Below are positions 30,649-41,536 of a DNA stretch of 64,000 nt, piece by piece. The notes under the pieces were generated by a model. It was not told where the DNA came from. It saw only the letters and a program-made list of their open reading frames with translations, and searched no databases. Within the stretch, counting starts at the first letter, position 1. Each line of letters starts with the position of its first letter. A program made the position numbers and the translations under genes. This DNA comes from Vicinamibacteria bacterium (GTDB lineage: Bacteria; Acidobacteriota; Vicinamibacteria; Vicinamibacterales; JAENWD01): positions 430,306 to 494,305 of the forward strand of contig CAWBBN010000015.1 in NCBI GenBank assembly GCA_963787035.1. The letters run 5' to 3'.

Positions 30649-32500
30649 ATGACTGTTTTTGCGCTGTCCCTCGGCTGGCTCTGGGCGCTCCCGGCGCTGG
30701 TCCTCCTCCTGGCCATCGCGCTGTTTGTCACGGTGGTCGGCGGCTGGATCATCCGGGCCGACCAGTCAGGGCTGGTGATCAAGAAGTTCGGAGCCCCCCT
30801 CCCGACGGGCCGCATCATCGCCCTCGACGGCGAGGCGGGCTATCAGGCGCGGCTCCTGTCGCCGGGCTGGTACTTCGGCTACTGGCGCTGGCGCTATCGC
30901 ATCATCCGCGTGCCGGTGACGATCGTCGAGCCGGGCCAGATCGCGCTCGTCGTCGCCGCCGACGGCGCGGCGATTCCGTCCGAGCGGGTGCTCGGACGCG
31001 CGGTGGCGTGCGACAACTTCCAGGACGCGGAGGCGTTCCTGCGCGGCGGCGGCGAACGCGGGCGGCAGCTCGGGTTCCTGACCGCCGGCACGTATCGCAT
31101 CAACCCGGCGCTCTTCGACGTCGTCAAGGGAGAGAGCGCCGAGCAGTACTCGATGGTCCCTGAGGACCTGCGCGTCTACCAGATGGCGACCGATCGCATC
31201 GGCATCGTGACCGTCCTGGACGGCCAGCCCGATTCCGGCGGGCGATCTCGCGGGCCCGATCGTCGCGGGCCACGACAGCTTCCAGCGCGGCCAGGCGTTC
31301 ATCGAGGCCGGCGGCTGCCGCGGCCTGCAGGAGGAGGTGCTGCTCTCGGGCTCGTGGAACCTGAACCCGTGGTTCGTGCGCGTGGAGATGGTGCCGCTGA
31401 CGGAGATCCCGATCGGCTATGTCGGCGTGGTCGTGAGCTACGTCGGCAACGAGCACCTGGATGTCTCGGGCGACACGTTCACGCACGGCGACCTGGTCGA
31501 AAAGGGCCGCAAGGGCGTGTGGGTGGAGCCGCTGCTTCCGGGCAAGCACCCGGTCAACACGCGCGTGATGAAGGTCGAGCTCGTGCCGACGACCAACATC
31601 GTGCTGAACTGGGCGCAGCGAACCGAAGCGCACCAGTACGACCAGCGGCTGTCGTCGATCCTCGTGCGGTCGAAGGACGGCTTCTCGTTCAGCCTCGACG
31701 TGGCGCAGATCATCCACATCGGGATGAAGAACGCGCCGCGCGTGATTTCGCGCGTCGGGTCGATGCAGAACCTGGTGGATCACGTCCTGCAGCCGACCGT
31801 CGGCAACTACTTCAGGAACTCCGCGCAGGAGGTGACGGTGCTCGAGTTCCTGTCGGCGCGGACGCTGCGCCAGAAGGAGGCGTTCGACAACATCAAGAAG
31901 GCGGTCGAAGCCTACGACGTCGAGTGCATCGACACGCTGATCGGCGACATCGTGCCGCCGGCCGAGCTGATGAAGACGCAGACCGACCGGAAGATCGCCG
32001 AGGAGCTGGAGCGCACCTACGAGGTACAGCGCGAGGCGCAGGTCCAGCGCCAGGCGCTCGAGCGGGAGACGGCCGTCGCCAACATGCAGAACGAGGTCGT
32101 TCGCTCGGAGCAGACCGTGCGGATCTCGCAGCAGACGGCGCTCTCGGCGGCCGAATCAGCGCGCGGTGAAGGCAACGCGGCGCGGCTGCGCGCGGAAGGC
32201 CACGCGGCGGCCGTGCGGTTGAACGGCGAGGCCGAAGCGGCGGCGGTTCGCGCGGTGGGTGCGGCCAAGGCCGACGCCTACAAGCAGGGCATGGACGCCG
32301 TCGGCGGCGCCGGCTACACCGCCATCCAGCTGGCGACGATCCTGGGCGAGCACAACGTGAAGCTCGTCCCGGAGATCGCAGTCAGCGGCGACGGCAGCGG
32401 CGGCCTCATCAACGCGATGGTCGCGAAGATGCTGGCCGGGAACGGAGGACTGAGGCAGAAGGGCCGGCGCTTCGCTGCAGGGCGGGGGCCCTTCGGGCAC
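30649..32500 (+). CDS. SPFH/band-7 (flotillin-like) membrane protein; frameshift near 31240; 3' end uncertain
   Basis: N-terminal TM ALPALVLLLAIALFVTVV. SPFH core …IGYVGVVVSYVGNEH…. Long Ala/Glu/Gln-rich coiled coil (…ERETAVANMQNEV…). The C-terminal tail merges into a GC-rich repeat element. Confidence 0.6.
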
Positions 32501-32643
32501 GGGTCCGGAGGGCCTTCGCCGGCGAGCGAAAGCTGCGCCGGCCCTGCCGCGGAGCGAAGCGACGCGGCCCTCGCCGGGCGAAGCCCGGCCCCGTCCCAGG
32601 CAACTCCCCCGCCACGACCTCCGTCTATGTTCTCCGGAGGCCC

Positions 32644-33414
32644 TTGTCCATGCGTCCTGCCCTGACCCGCCTGTCCCGTTCGGCTGCCGTCGCCCTGCTC
32701 CTCCTCGGCGTCCCCGCGCTGTCCTCGGCCGCGTCCAAGGAAACCGAGCGTGTCGAGAAGACCGTGACGTTTTCGCCAGGCGGCACGCTGAAACTCAAGA
32801 ACTTCTCGGGCAACGTCGAGATCACCGGCGAAGATCGGGCCGACATCTCGCTCGTCGCGGTCCGTACCGCCACCCGCGATCGCCTCGATCACGTCAAGCT
32901 CGACATCCAGACCTCCGGAGATACGGTCACCATCGACGCCAACAAGCGCGACGGCGACTGGGAGCACCACGACGACAACGTGGTCGACACGGCGTTCACG
33001 ATCAGGGTGCCGAAGAACGCGAACCTCGACGTCGACGTGTTCAGCAGCGCCGTGAGCGTGGCTGGCGTGTCGGGACGCCATCACGTGCACGGCTTCTCGT
33101 CCGAGCTGAGCGTGACCGGCAGCACCGGGCCGGTTGACGCCGAGACCTTCAGCGGCGCCATCCATGTGGCGCCGGCGTCGTGGCAGAAGGATCAGACGCT
33201 GCGGGCGAAGACGTTCAGCGGCGACATCGAGGTGACGCTGCCGGCCGCCGCGACCGGCTCAGTGGAGTTCGATTCGTTCAGCGGCGACATGAGCTCGTCG
33301 GTGCCGATGCTGTTCCAGAGCAAGAGCAAGCGCTCGCTGCACGCGCAGCTCGCGTCGGGGCCGAACGGGTCGTTGTCGTTCCACACCTTCAGCGGAGATG
33401 TGCGGCTGAAGTAG
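32644..33414 (+). CDS. DUF4097-type all-beta repeat protein (LiaF-like), secreted
   Basis: Signal peptide …LSRSAAVALLLLGVPALSSAAS. Repeated FSGN/FSGD beta-strand motifs (NFSGNVEITGED, FSGAIHV, FSGDIEVTL, FSGDMSS, FSGDVRLK). Confidence 0.6.
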   Translation: MSMRPALTRLSRSAAVALLLLGVPALSSAASKETERVEKTVTFSPGGTLKLKNFSGNVEITGEDRADISLVAVRTATRDRLDHVKLDIQTSGDTVTIDANKRDGDWEHHDDNVVDTAFTIRVPKNANLDVDVFSSAVSVAGVSGRHHVHGFSSELSVTGSTGPVDAETFSGAIHVAPASWQKDQTLRAKTFSGDIEVTLPAAATGSVEFDSFSGDMSSSVPMLFQSKSKRSLHAQLASGPNGSLSFHTFSGDVRLK

Positions 33415-33420
33415 GGGCCG

Positions 33421-33580
33421 GCCTTCGGCCGGCGAAGGCCGCTGCGCGGCGGGCCCTCGCTTCGCTCGGGCTGGGGCCACGTCGCTTCGCTCCGTGGCGG
33501 GGCAAAGGCGCTTTCCCTGCCGCGGGCGAAGCCGAGCGGCCCTCGCCGCGAGCGAAGCGAGCGGCCTACTTCCTGAACCC
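33421..33580. repeat. GC-rich REP-like element cluster (family A: GGCCGGCCTTCGGCCGGC hairpin + CGAGCGAAGCGAGSGGCC module)
   Basis: GGCCGGCCTTCGGCCGGCGAAGGCCGC…GGCCCTCGCTTCGCTCGGG…CCGCGAGCGAAGCGAGCGGCC. Related copies lie at 8340-8390, 29040-29105, 32526-32585, 37015-37075, 38040-38130, 48723-48800 and 57775-57860. Confidence 0.55.
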
Positions 33581-34430
33581 CCGCACCGCCTCGAGCTTCT
33601 TCGCGAGCGCGTCCGGGTCGGCCGTCCCTGCCGGATAGAACGTTCTCTCCCAGGATCCGTAGACCGGATTGGGAAGGACGAACCACCGTTCTTCCCAGTA
33701 CCCGCTGAAACGATCGACGAGCGCCTCGCGCGCGGCGCGATCCAGGCGCTTGCCACCGTCCGCGATCGCCACGAAGTCTCCGAGATCGTCGCCGGCCAGC
33801 AGCAGCACGCGGTGGTTCGACGCCACGAACTGCCGGCGGCCCGACTTGTCGCCCGGATCTTCCGGCTTCCCGTGCTCGCCGTAGCAGAGCACATGGTCTT
33901 CGGCGATCGGAATGCCGTCCTTTCGGAGGGTCTCGATCGTCTCGTCGCGCCAGTCGGGGTCTCGATTCGTCACGAGGAAGATCTCCACATCGCGGGCGGC
34001 GGCGTATTTCAGAAACTCCGCGGCGCCGGGCACCGTGCCGGCTTCCGTCTTCGCGGCCCACAGGCGAAACAGGTCGGGCGCATAGGCCACGCGGTCGCGC
34101 ACCCGCTGACCCTCTTCGGGCGAGTTGTCGAGGACGGTCTCGTCCACATCGAGGATGACGGCCGGCTTCAGGAGCGCCAGGTCGGCCCGGCCGGCCTGCT
34201 CGGGAATGGCGGTCCAGCGCGGCTCCTGCAGCGCGCGGTCGAGCTGGACCGCGGCCAGACGGTAGAGGCCGCGCGTGATGGCCTGGTATTCCGCGGCCGT
34301 CTGCATCCACAGCACGCCGTGGAGGTTCTCGTGGGTGTCACGCAGCGCCGGCGCCGCCGCCGTCTGCCCGCGGACCACCGGCGCCTGCCAGGGCGGCCAC
34401 GATCGCCAGCCCCGCCCAGTCCCTCCACCG
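33566..34430 (-). CDS. HAD-superfamily class B acid phosphatase / 5'-nucleotidase lipoprotein e(P4) family; 5' end frameshifted
   Basis: DVDETVLDNS (HAD motif I), …IFLVTNRD…, …LLAGDDLGDF…. A probable signal peptide MRWRDWAGLAIVAALAGAG lies in an adjacent frame near 34430. Confidence 0.6.
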
Positions 34431-34525
34431 CATGTGCCCTCCCCGCGCCCGGCTGGATCCGCCGGAGCCGCCGTTACGTTAAACTACGTAGCCATTACGC
34501 CGAATCGCGTAACGGAGCCGCTGCC

Positions 34526-35673
34526 ATGGAGAACCCGTTCGTCTACGGCGAGGTCGTGCCCGCCGGCGCCTTCGTCGACCGCCACGACGAGTTGAAGCGC
34601 CTGGCGGCCGACCTGGTGGCCGGCCAGAAGGTGTTTCTCATCTCGCCGCGCCGCTACGGCAAGTCGTCGCTCATCTCGCGCGCGCTCGCCAGCGCCGCGC
34701 GCCGCGGGCTGCTCACGGTCGAGGTCACCGTCAGCAGCTACAGCTCGTACCTCTCGTTCCTCGAAGGCTACGCCCGTGCCGTGCTCGCCGCCGAGACGCG
34801 CTGGTCGAAGGCCGTGGCCTGGCTGCGCGACGCCATCGGCGCCACGCGACCCGAGATTCGTCTCGAGACCGACCCGCACGGATCGGCCGGCGTCGCCGTC
34901 TCCTTCCCCGCCGTCCGCTACCGCGCGCGACGTCGCGCGCCTCGCGCCCGAAGTCTTCGCGCTCCCCGCCCGTCTCGCCGACGCGCGGCACCGGCGCGTC
35001 GTCGTGGCCCTCGACGAGTTCCAGGCGATCGGCAGCTTCAACGGCGGCAGCGTCGAGGAAGCGTTGCGCGCGGCGGTGCAGCACCAGCGCCAGGTCGGCT
35101 ACGTCTTCGCCGGATCGGAACCGTCGCTGATGGAGGCGATGCTCGGGCCGCGGCGGCCATTCTACAAGGCCGGGCCGGTGATGCGGCTGCAGAAGATCCC
35201 GGCCGAGCCGTTCGCCGTCGTTCATCGAGCAGCGTTTCGCGAAGACAGGGATCCGTCCCGAGGACGGCTTCGGGATGGCCGTCCTCGATCTCGCCGGTCA
35301 CCTGCCGTACGACGTCCAGCGCCTCGCGCACGAAACGTGGGACGATGCCCGGGCGGTGGGCGCGAAGCGGGTTGGCCTCGAGCACCTCCACATCACGCTG
35401 CGACGGCTGCTCGCCGAGCAGGCCGTGTTCTTCGAGGCGACCTGGCAGCGGCTCACGCTCCCGCAGCGCGCGGCCCTCCGCGCGCTCGTGCTCGAAGACG
35501 GCGTCGGCCTCCTCGGCGCCGACGTGCGCGCGCGGTATCGCCTCGGCGGCGCGTCGTCCGTGCAGGCGGCGCTGGCAGCGCTGCAGCGCCAGGACGTCGT
35601 GACGCGCGAGGACGATCGCTGGGTGGTGGTGGACTCGCTGATGCGCGAGTGGATCGCGCGGAGGACGTACTGA
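34526..35673 (+). CDS. ATP-binding protein (archaeal-type AAA ATPase, PF01637-like, + DUF234-like C-terminus); two frame switches
   Basis: [22 protein letters not shown]…[14 protein letters not shown] (Walker A). …[11 protein letters not shown]… (Walker B) in a second frame. …[13 protein letters not shown]… in a third. TGA overlaps the next ATG. Confidence 0.5.
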
Positions 35674-37008
35674 TGGCGGGCGGCTGGCTGGCGCGCCTCG
35701 GGCTGCGCACTCGGGAGCAGCGCGCGTGGGCCATGTACGACTGGGCCAACTCCGCGTTCCAGTGCACGATCATCACCGCCGTTTTCCCGATCTACTTCGC
35801 GAAGGTCGCCGCCGAAGGGATGCCCGACGCGCTGGCCACGGCGCGCTTTGCGCATGGCGACGACGGTGGCCCTCACGGTGACCGCGATTCTGGCGCCGGT
35901 GCTTGGCGCCTACGCGGACTACGCCGGCGTGAAGAAGCGCCTGCTCGGCGTCTTCCTCGGCCTCGGCGTCATCGCGACCGCCGCGATGTATCTCATCGGG
36001 CCCGGGGACTGGAAGCTCGCCGCGTGGCTGTTCATCGCGTCGAACATCTGCATCTCGGCGAGCTTCGTCTTCTACGACTCGCTGCTGCCCCACATCGCCG
36101 ACGGCGAGGAGATGGATCGCGTCTCGAGCGCGGGGTACGCGCTCGGCTATCTGGGCGGCGGCCTGCTGCTGGCGATCAACCTGGCGTGGATCCTCAAGCC
36201 GCAGATGTTCGGCCTCCGCGATTCCGGCGTGGCGTCGCGCGTGTCGTTCGTCAGCGTCGCGGTCTGGTGGCTGCTCTTCTCGATTCCGCTGTTCCGCCGC
36301 GTGCCCGAGCCGTCGGTGCGGCCCTCGGATCTGCCTCCGGGCATCGGCCCGGTGCGCGCGTCGTTCCAGCAACTCGGCGCGACGATCCGGGAGCTGCGGC
36401 GGTTCCGCGAAGCATTCCTGATGCTCGTGGCCTTCCTGATCTACAACGACGGCATCGGCACGATCATCCGCATGGCAGGCCCGTACGGCCAGGAGATCGG
36501 GCTGCCGGAGAACGCCCTCATCAGCGCGTTCGTGATGGTCCAGTTCGTCGGCATCCCGTTCGCCTTCGCGTTCGGCGCACTGGCCGATCGCATCGGCGCC
36601 AAGCGAGCGATCTTTCTCGCCCTCATCGTCTACGTCGGCATCAGCGTCGTCGGCTACTTCATGACGTCCGCGTGGCAGTTCTGGCTGCTGTCGTTCATGG
36701 TCGCGATGGTGCAGGGCGGAAGCCAGGCGCTCTCGCGGTCGCTCTTCGCGAGCATGATCCCCAAGGAGAAGTCGTCGGAGTTCTTCGGCTTCTTCGGCGT
36801 CTTCGAGAAGTTCGCGGGGATCTTCGGGCCTGCGCTTTTCGCGATCACGGTGCAGCTCACCGGATCGAGCCGCCACGCGATCCTCTCGGTGATCGGGTTC
36901 TTCGTCGTGGGAGCCGTGCTCCTCGCGCGGGTGGACGTCGCGAAGGGGCAAGCCGCGGCGCGGGAATGGACCGCGCGGCATGCGGAACTCGCCGCGCGGC
37001 CGAACTAG
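35673..37008 (+). CDS. MFS transporter (UMF1/Atg22-like family); frameshift near 35850
   Basis: …[25 protein letters not shown]… then a 12-TM body in ORF 35848-37008. Confidence 0.65.
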
Positions 37009-37077
37009 GGCAACCGCAGGCCCTCGCTGCGCTCGGGCGGGCCGGCTTCGCCGGCAAGGCCGCGCCTTGCGCGGCGG

Positions 37078-37990
37078 CTAGCGCCGGATCCGTTCGCGCG
37101 CCTCGGGCCTCGCGAACGCGTTCTGCAGCGAGTGCCCGTTGAACGTCAACACGGTGCGCCAGAACTCCTGCGCCTTCGTGTGATCGCCGGTCTTCTCCGC
37201 GGCCCTCGCCTCGAGCATCACGACGAACGGATCCTGCTGATCGGCGCCGGAGAGCGCCGCGAGCGCGGCGTGCGCGTCGCCGGCGTAGAGCTCCACATAG
37301 CCGGTGAGATACGCGAGGGCCGTGGCCTGATCCTGCAGCGCCGGTGATTTCGCGACGAGCGCCTGCGCCTCGGCCAGCTTCGTGCGCGCGTCGCGACGAT
37401 GGCCGTCACGCGCCGCAATGCGGGCCTGCGCGTGCAGCCAGCGGAACTGCCAGAGAGCGAGCTGCGATGCCGGCTCGTCGCGTTGCCGGCGCGCGGTCTC
37501 GTAGCCGGTCTCGTACCAACGCCGCGCCTGCTTCGTGTTGCCGGACTCCAGGTAGAGGCGCCCGAGGGCGTTGGCTGCTTCAGCCGCCGACGCCGGGCGC
37601 TCGGCCGACTCGAGGTCGTACGCCTGCCGGTAGAACTCGGCGCCCTGGTCTGCCTTCCGCTCGAACGCGTACGACACGGCCATCGCGTTCAGCGCCGTGA
37701 CCTTGCTCTCAGGAGGCGCGAGGGCAATGGCGCGCGTGAGATGCCCGCGCGCGTCGGCATAGCGCCCCTCGAGATCGAGCGCGATCCCCATCGCGAGATG
37801 GCCCTCGAAGAGATTCGGATCGATCGCCAGCGCCTGCTCGTAGAGCTTGATGGCTTCAGGCTGCTTCCCGGCAGCGTTGAGGCGACTGGCCCTGAGTCAC
37901 GAGCTTCAGCGGATCCGCGGCTTCCTGCGCGGCTGCGAGATTCGCGACGAGAAGCAGAACGAGCGTGAAGGCGGATGTGGTACGCAAGCC
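37078..37990 (-). CDS. Secreted TPR-repeat protein; frameshift near 37880
   Basis: TPR-like helices (…[11 protein letters not shown]…, …[11 protein letters not shown]…). Signal-like …[19 protein letters not shown] in an adjacent frame. Confidence 0.55.
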
Positions 37991-38129
37991 CTTAGCGTAG
38001 CCCGTGCGCGCGTGGCCGAACTGACGCTCCGCCAACTGCGACAGCCGCAGGCGCCCGCGACGCCGGAAGCGAAGCCACGGCCCCCGCCCGAGGCGAAGCG
38101 AGGGCCCTGTCGAGGCGAAGCCGGCCCGT

Positions 38130-39952
38130 CTACTTCGCCACGTAGAGCGTGAGCCGCGGGAACGCAAACGTCCCCGCCACGTCGTCGATGACATTGACCT
38201 GGCACAGGTAGCGGCCCGGCTTCAGCGTCGAGGCCGGCAGATCGAACCTGAACACCGCGGCCTTCCGCGACGGCTCGGTGACGGACGTGGCTTCCGTGAC
38301 CGGCGTCTCGTAGACGCGGACGCCGTTCCGGAAGAACACCAGACTCGTCAGCAGCCGAATCGCTCCGGGCGCCACCGCCTGCGCCGGCTCGTACACCTCG
38401 TAGTCGACGTAGAGGTGCTGCGCCTGCGAGACGACGCCCAGTGGCATTCGGCACGAGCGCGCTCCCGTCCTGCACGAGCGGGTTGTCGCCCTTCACGCCC
38501 GGCTGCATCTGCGTGCCGACGACCACGGTGCTCATCTTCAGCGCGGCCTTGCGAACGTCAGGCACGGTGAACGCCGACTCGAAGGCGCCCATCGGCCGTC
38601 TTCGTTCTCGCGCACCGCCACTTTGACGCGGTAGCTGCCCGGCGGAAGCTCGAACGACGTCTGGTACTGAATCGTCTTCCGGCGGACTTCCGTCGTGCCT
38701 TCGACCTTCAGCTTCACGGTATCGCGGATGCGGCCGACCGGCCGGCGCGCTTCGTCCAGCACGAGGCCGAGGATGTCGAGCGTCGCGCGATCTTCGGTGG
38801 TGGCATGCGTGAACGGCACGTCCGATCCGGGCACGACCACCGACAGCGGCACGTAGAACCGCGTGTCAGCCAGCCGGAAGTAGGCCGGCGACACGAACAC
38901 GTGCAGGTCGGTGGGTGGCAGGTCCGTCTGCAGCGCGTCCATCAACTGCTGCTCGCGGTCGTCGTGCGTCGAGTGCTTGAAGTCGCGCGGCGCGTAGTAG
39001 CCGGATCTGTACTCGAGCGTCACACCAGGCCGCGTCGTCTTCACGGTGATGCGCCGGTACTTGCCGTCGCGCGCCGCGTTCGTGCTGCTGTAGCCGAGGA
39101 TGTAGTACGACGACGTGTCTTCGATGACGCGATCGAAGACCTTGCCGAGATCGTTGCTGTCGAGGAAGGCGCGTCCGCCCGTGTCCTCTGACAACGTGAC
39201 CAGCGTGTCCTGGGAACCGGCGAGGCTGCTGAACTGATTCTGCATCGACGCGCCGGTGAACGCGGCGTTGCCGCGCACGCTGGCGGTCTGAGCCTCGCCG
39301 CCAGGAACGACGGCCTGCAGCCCGCGCGCGTCGGCGGCGTAGATCGCGACGTTCGCGCGGACGGCATGGTCGATGACCGCGCGGATCTGGACGCGGTTCT
39401 CGAGGCCGGTCTGGCTCATGCCGCCGCTGAAGTACACGATCGACTTTTTCTGGTCGGTGCCGCCCAGCGCGTCGGCAAGCGTGCGCAGCGCCTCGAGCCG
39501 GCGGTCGGTGTTCATGACGTTGATCTCGGTCTCATCCGCCGTGAACGCCCCGGTGTCGCGCCGGGCGCCACGGCTGCAGTCGTCGTTGCCGGCGCTGACG
39601 CGCGCGCCACGCGCGACGCGAGCGTGAGCGTCAGGTCCAGATGCTGCTGGCAACTGGCCGGATCCAACGTGACGGCCTCTGTCACAGGTGCGAACGCGGC
39701 CAGCTCGGCCTGCAGCTGGTACGCGCCGGCAGCCGCCACGCGGATCCGATATGTGCCGTCGATGTCGGTGGACGTCGCGGCGACGACGGCGTCGCCACTT
39801 CTGAGTGTCAGCGCGACCCCTGGCAGCGGGGTGGCGCCCGAGCGCACGGTTCCGGCGATCGCACAGGCCGGGGTCGCGGGCGTCTGGCCCGTGGCCGACT
39901 GCGATGCCAGCAGCACGCTCAGGAGGAGCACGGCCTCGGACACGGCGTCCAC
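38130..39952 (-). CDS. CarboxypepD_reg-like domain + VWA domain protein with a conserved C-terminal domain (VWFA-related acidobacterial type); frame switches
   Basis: N-terminal …IAGTVRSGATPLPGVALTLRSGDAVVAATSTDIDGTYRI…. VWA-type core …IVYFSGGMS…IYAADARGL… (MIDAS-motif residues not seen). C-terminal …VDYEVYEPAQAV…GRYLCQVNVIDDVAGTFAFPRLTLYVAK. Confidence 0.65.
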
Positions 39953-40050
39953 ACCTCGATCTGACTTGCTGCCTGTGACAAATCCACGGCAGCCTCATGA
40001 AAAATCAGATCGATCGTACCCAGCCGCCCCGCGGGAGCTTGTAAAGTTGT

Positions 40051-41487
40051 GTGTCGATGCCCACCCCCGACGAGCTGGACCGGCCCACGGCGCTTCCGCG
40101 GTGGGTCACGGCAGTCGACGTCCTCACCGTCACGATCGCGCTGGCCTCCTTTGCGGCGGCGGTCGGAGGCGGCTTCAAGCTCGGCGGCGGCGTCCTGCAG
40201 CTGTCCGTCAAGACGCCGTGGCCGCCATTCTTCATCGCCGTCGTGCTCGCGACGCTGCGTCACGTCCGTTGTCCGAGACCACATGTCCTGGCACGAATGC
40301 TGGCGCCGCTCCGGCGATTCGTCGCGCGGGACGGGTTCAAGGCCGCGTGGCGGCCGTTTGTCGCGACCAGGATCGCCGTGCTCGCGATCGGGCTCCTCGC
40401 CGTCTACACGTTCGGCATGCCGACCGAAGCGAAGAGGCTGGGCATCTCCGACAGCCAGCTCGTGAACCTGCCGCTGCGATTCGACGCCGGGTGGTACCTG
40501 AGCGTCGCGCGCGTCGGCTACCTGTGGGCCCCGGGTGATCGCGAGCGGGGCCGCCAGCAGAACATCGTCTTCTTCCCGGCGCTGCCGATGGGCATGCGCG
40601 TGCTCGGCTACCTGTTCGGTCGGAGCGGCGTCGGGTTCCTGTACGCCGGCGTGCTCATCTCGCACGTCGCCTTTCTCGCCGCGCTGGTGCTGCTCTTCGA
40701 GCTCGCGCGTGACGATCTCGGCGACGACGCCGCCGCGGGAGCGGCGGTGGTGCTGTTGTGCACGTACCCGTTCTCGCTGTTTCACGGCGCCGTCTATACC
40801 GAATCGCTGTACCTGCTCGGCGTCGTCGGGGCAGTCCTCGCGTGCAGGCGCGAACGATGGACGCAGGCGATGGCGTGGGGCGCGCTCGTCGGATTGACGC
40901 GGCCCAACGGATTCGTCCTCTCGGCGACGCTTGGGGTCCTGCTGTTCGAGACGATGCTGCGGAAGAGATCCGCATCGGGTCGCATGAGCATGCCATCGCT
41001 GCCCGCCGCGATCGCGATCGTCGCGCCAATCGCGGGCGCCGCCATCTACTGGCTGTTCATCTGGCACCTCACCGGCAATCCGTTTCAGTGGTCGGAGCAG
41101 CAGGTGGCCTGGGGCCGCAGCTTCAGCGGGTTTTCGCCCTTGCGCGGTGCGGCCGAGTTCGCGGCGGAGAACGGTCTGGAGTCGTACGTCGAGGGGCTTC
41201 CCTACGATTTCATCAACGCCGTGCCGGCGATCGCGGCCCTCGCCCTGGCGATCCCGATCGGACGTCGTCTGAGCTGGGCCTACGCGGTGTTCATCGTGAC
41301 GAACCTGGTGCCTCCGCTGCTGCTCGGCGGAGTCATGTCCACGGGACGGTTCACGGCGACGCTCTTTCCGCTCTTCATCTGGCTCGGCCTGAAGACGCGC
41401 TCCGCGACGCCGTCGATCGCGCTCGGGTTTGCGATGCTGCAGAGCCTGGCCGCGGCGCTTTTCTACACCTGGCGTCCGCTGTTCTAG
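40051..41487 (+). CDS. Polytopic membrane protein, GT-C-like glycosyltransferase (DUF2029/mannosyltransferase-like)
   Basis: 478 aa, intact, ~10 predicted TM helices. …FFPALPMGMR…FHGAVYTESLYLLG…. Confidence 0.5.
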   Translation: MSMPTPDELDRPTALPRWVTAVDVLTVTIALASFAAAVGGGFKLGGGVLQLSVKTPWPPFFIAVVLATLRHVRCPRPHVLARMLAPLRRFVARDGFKAAWRPFVATRIAVLAIGLLAVYTFGMPTEAKRLGISDSQLVNLPLRFDAGWYLSVARVGYLWAPGDRERGRQQNIVFFPALPMGMRVLGYLFGRSGVGFLYAGVLISHVAFLAALVLLFELARDDLGDDAAAGAAVVLLCTYPFSLFHGAVYTESLYLLGVVGAVLACRRERWTQAMAWGALVGLTRPNGFVLSATLGVLLFETMLRKRSASGRMSMPSLPAAIAIVAPIAGAAIYWLFIWHLTGNPFQWSEQQVAWGRSFSGFSPLRGAAEFAAENGLESYVEGLPYDFINAVPAIAALALAIPIGRRLSWAYAVFIVTNLVPPLLLGGVMSTGRFTATLFPLFIWLGLKTRSATPSIALGFAMLQSLAAALFYTWRPLF

Positions 41488-41536
41488 GGCCTCGGTACCT
41501 ATCGTTCGACGAATCCCTCGTGCTACCGTCGCACCA

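Noticed and set aside
28994-30652. 552-aa plus-strand ORF
   Set aside because: It is antisense to the sigma-54 activator gene, which has unambiguous AAA+ motifs. It is spurious.
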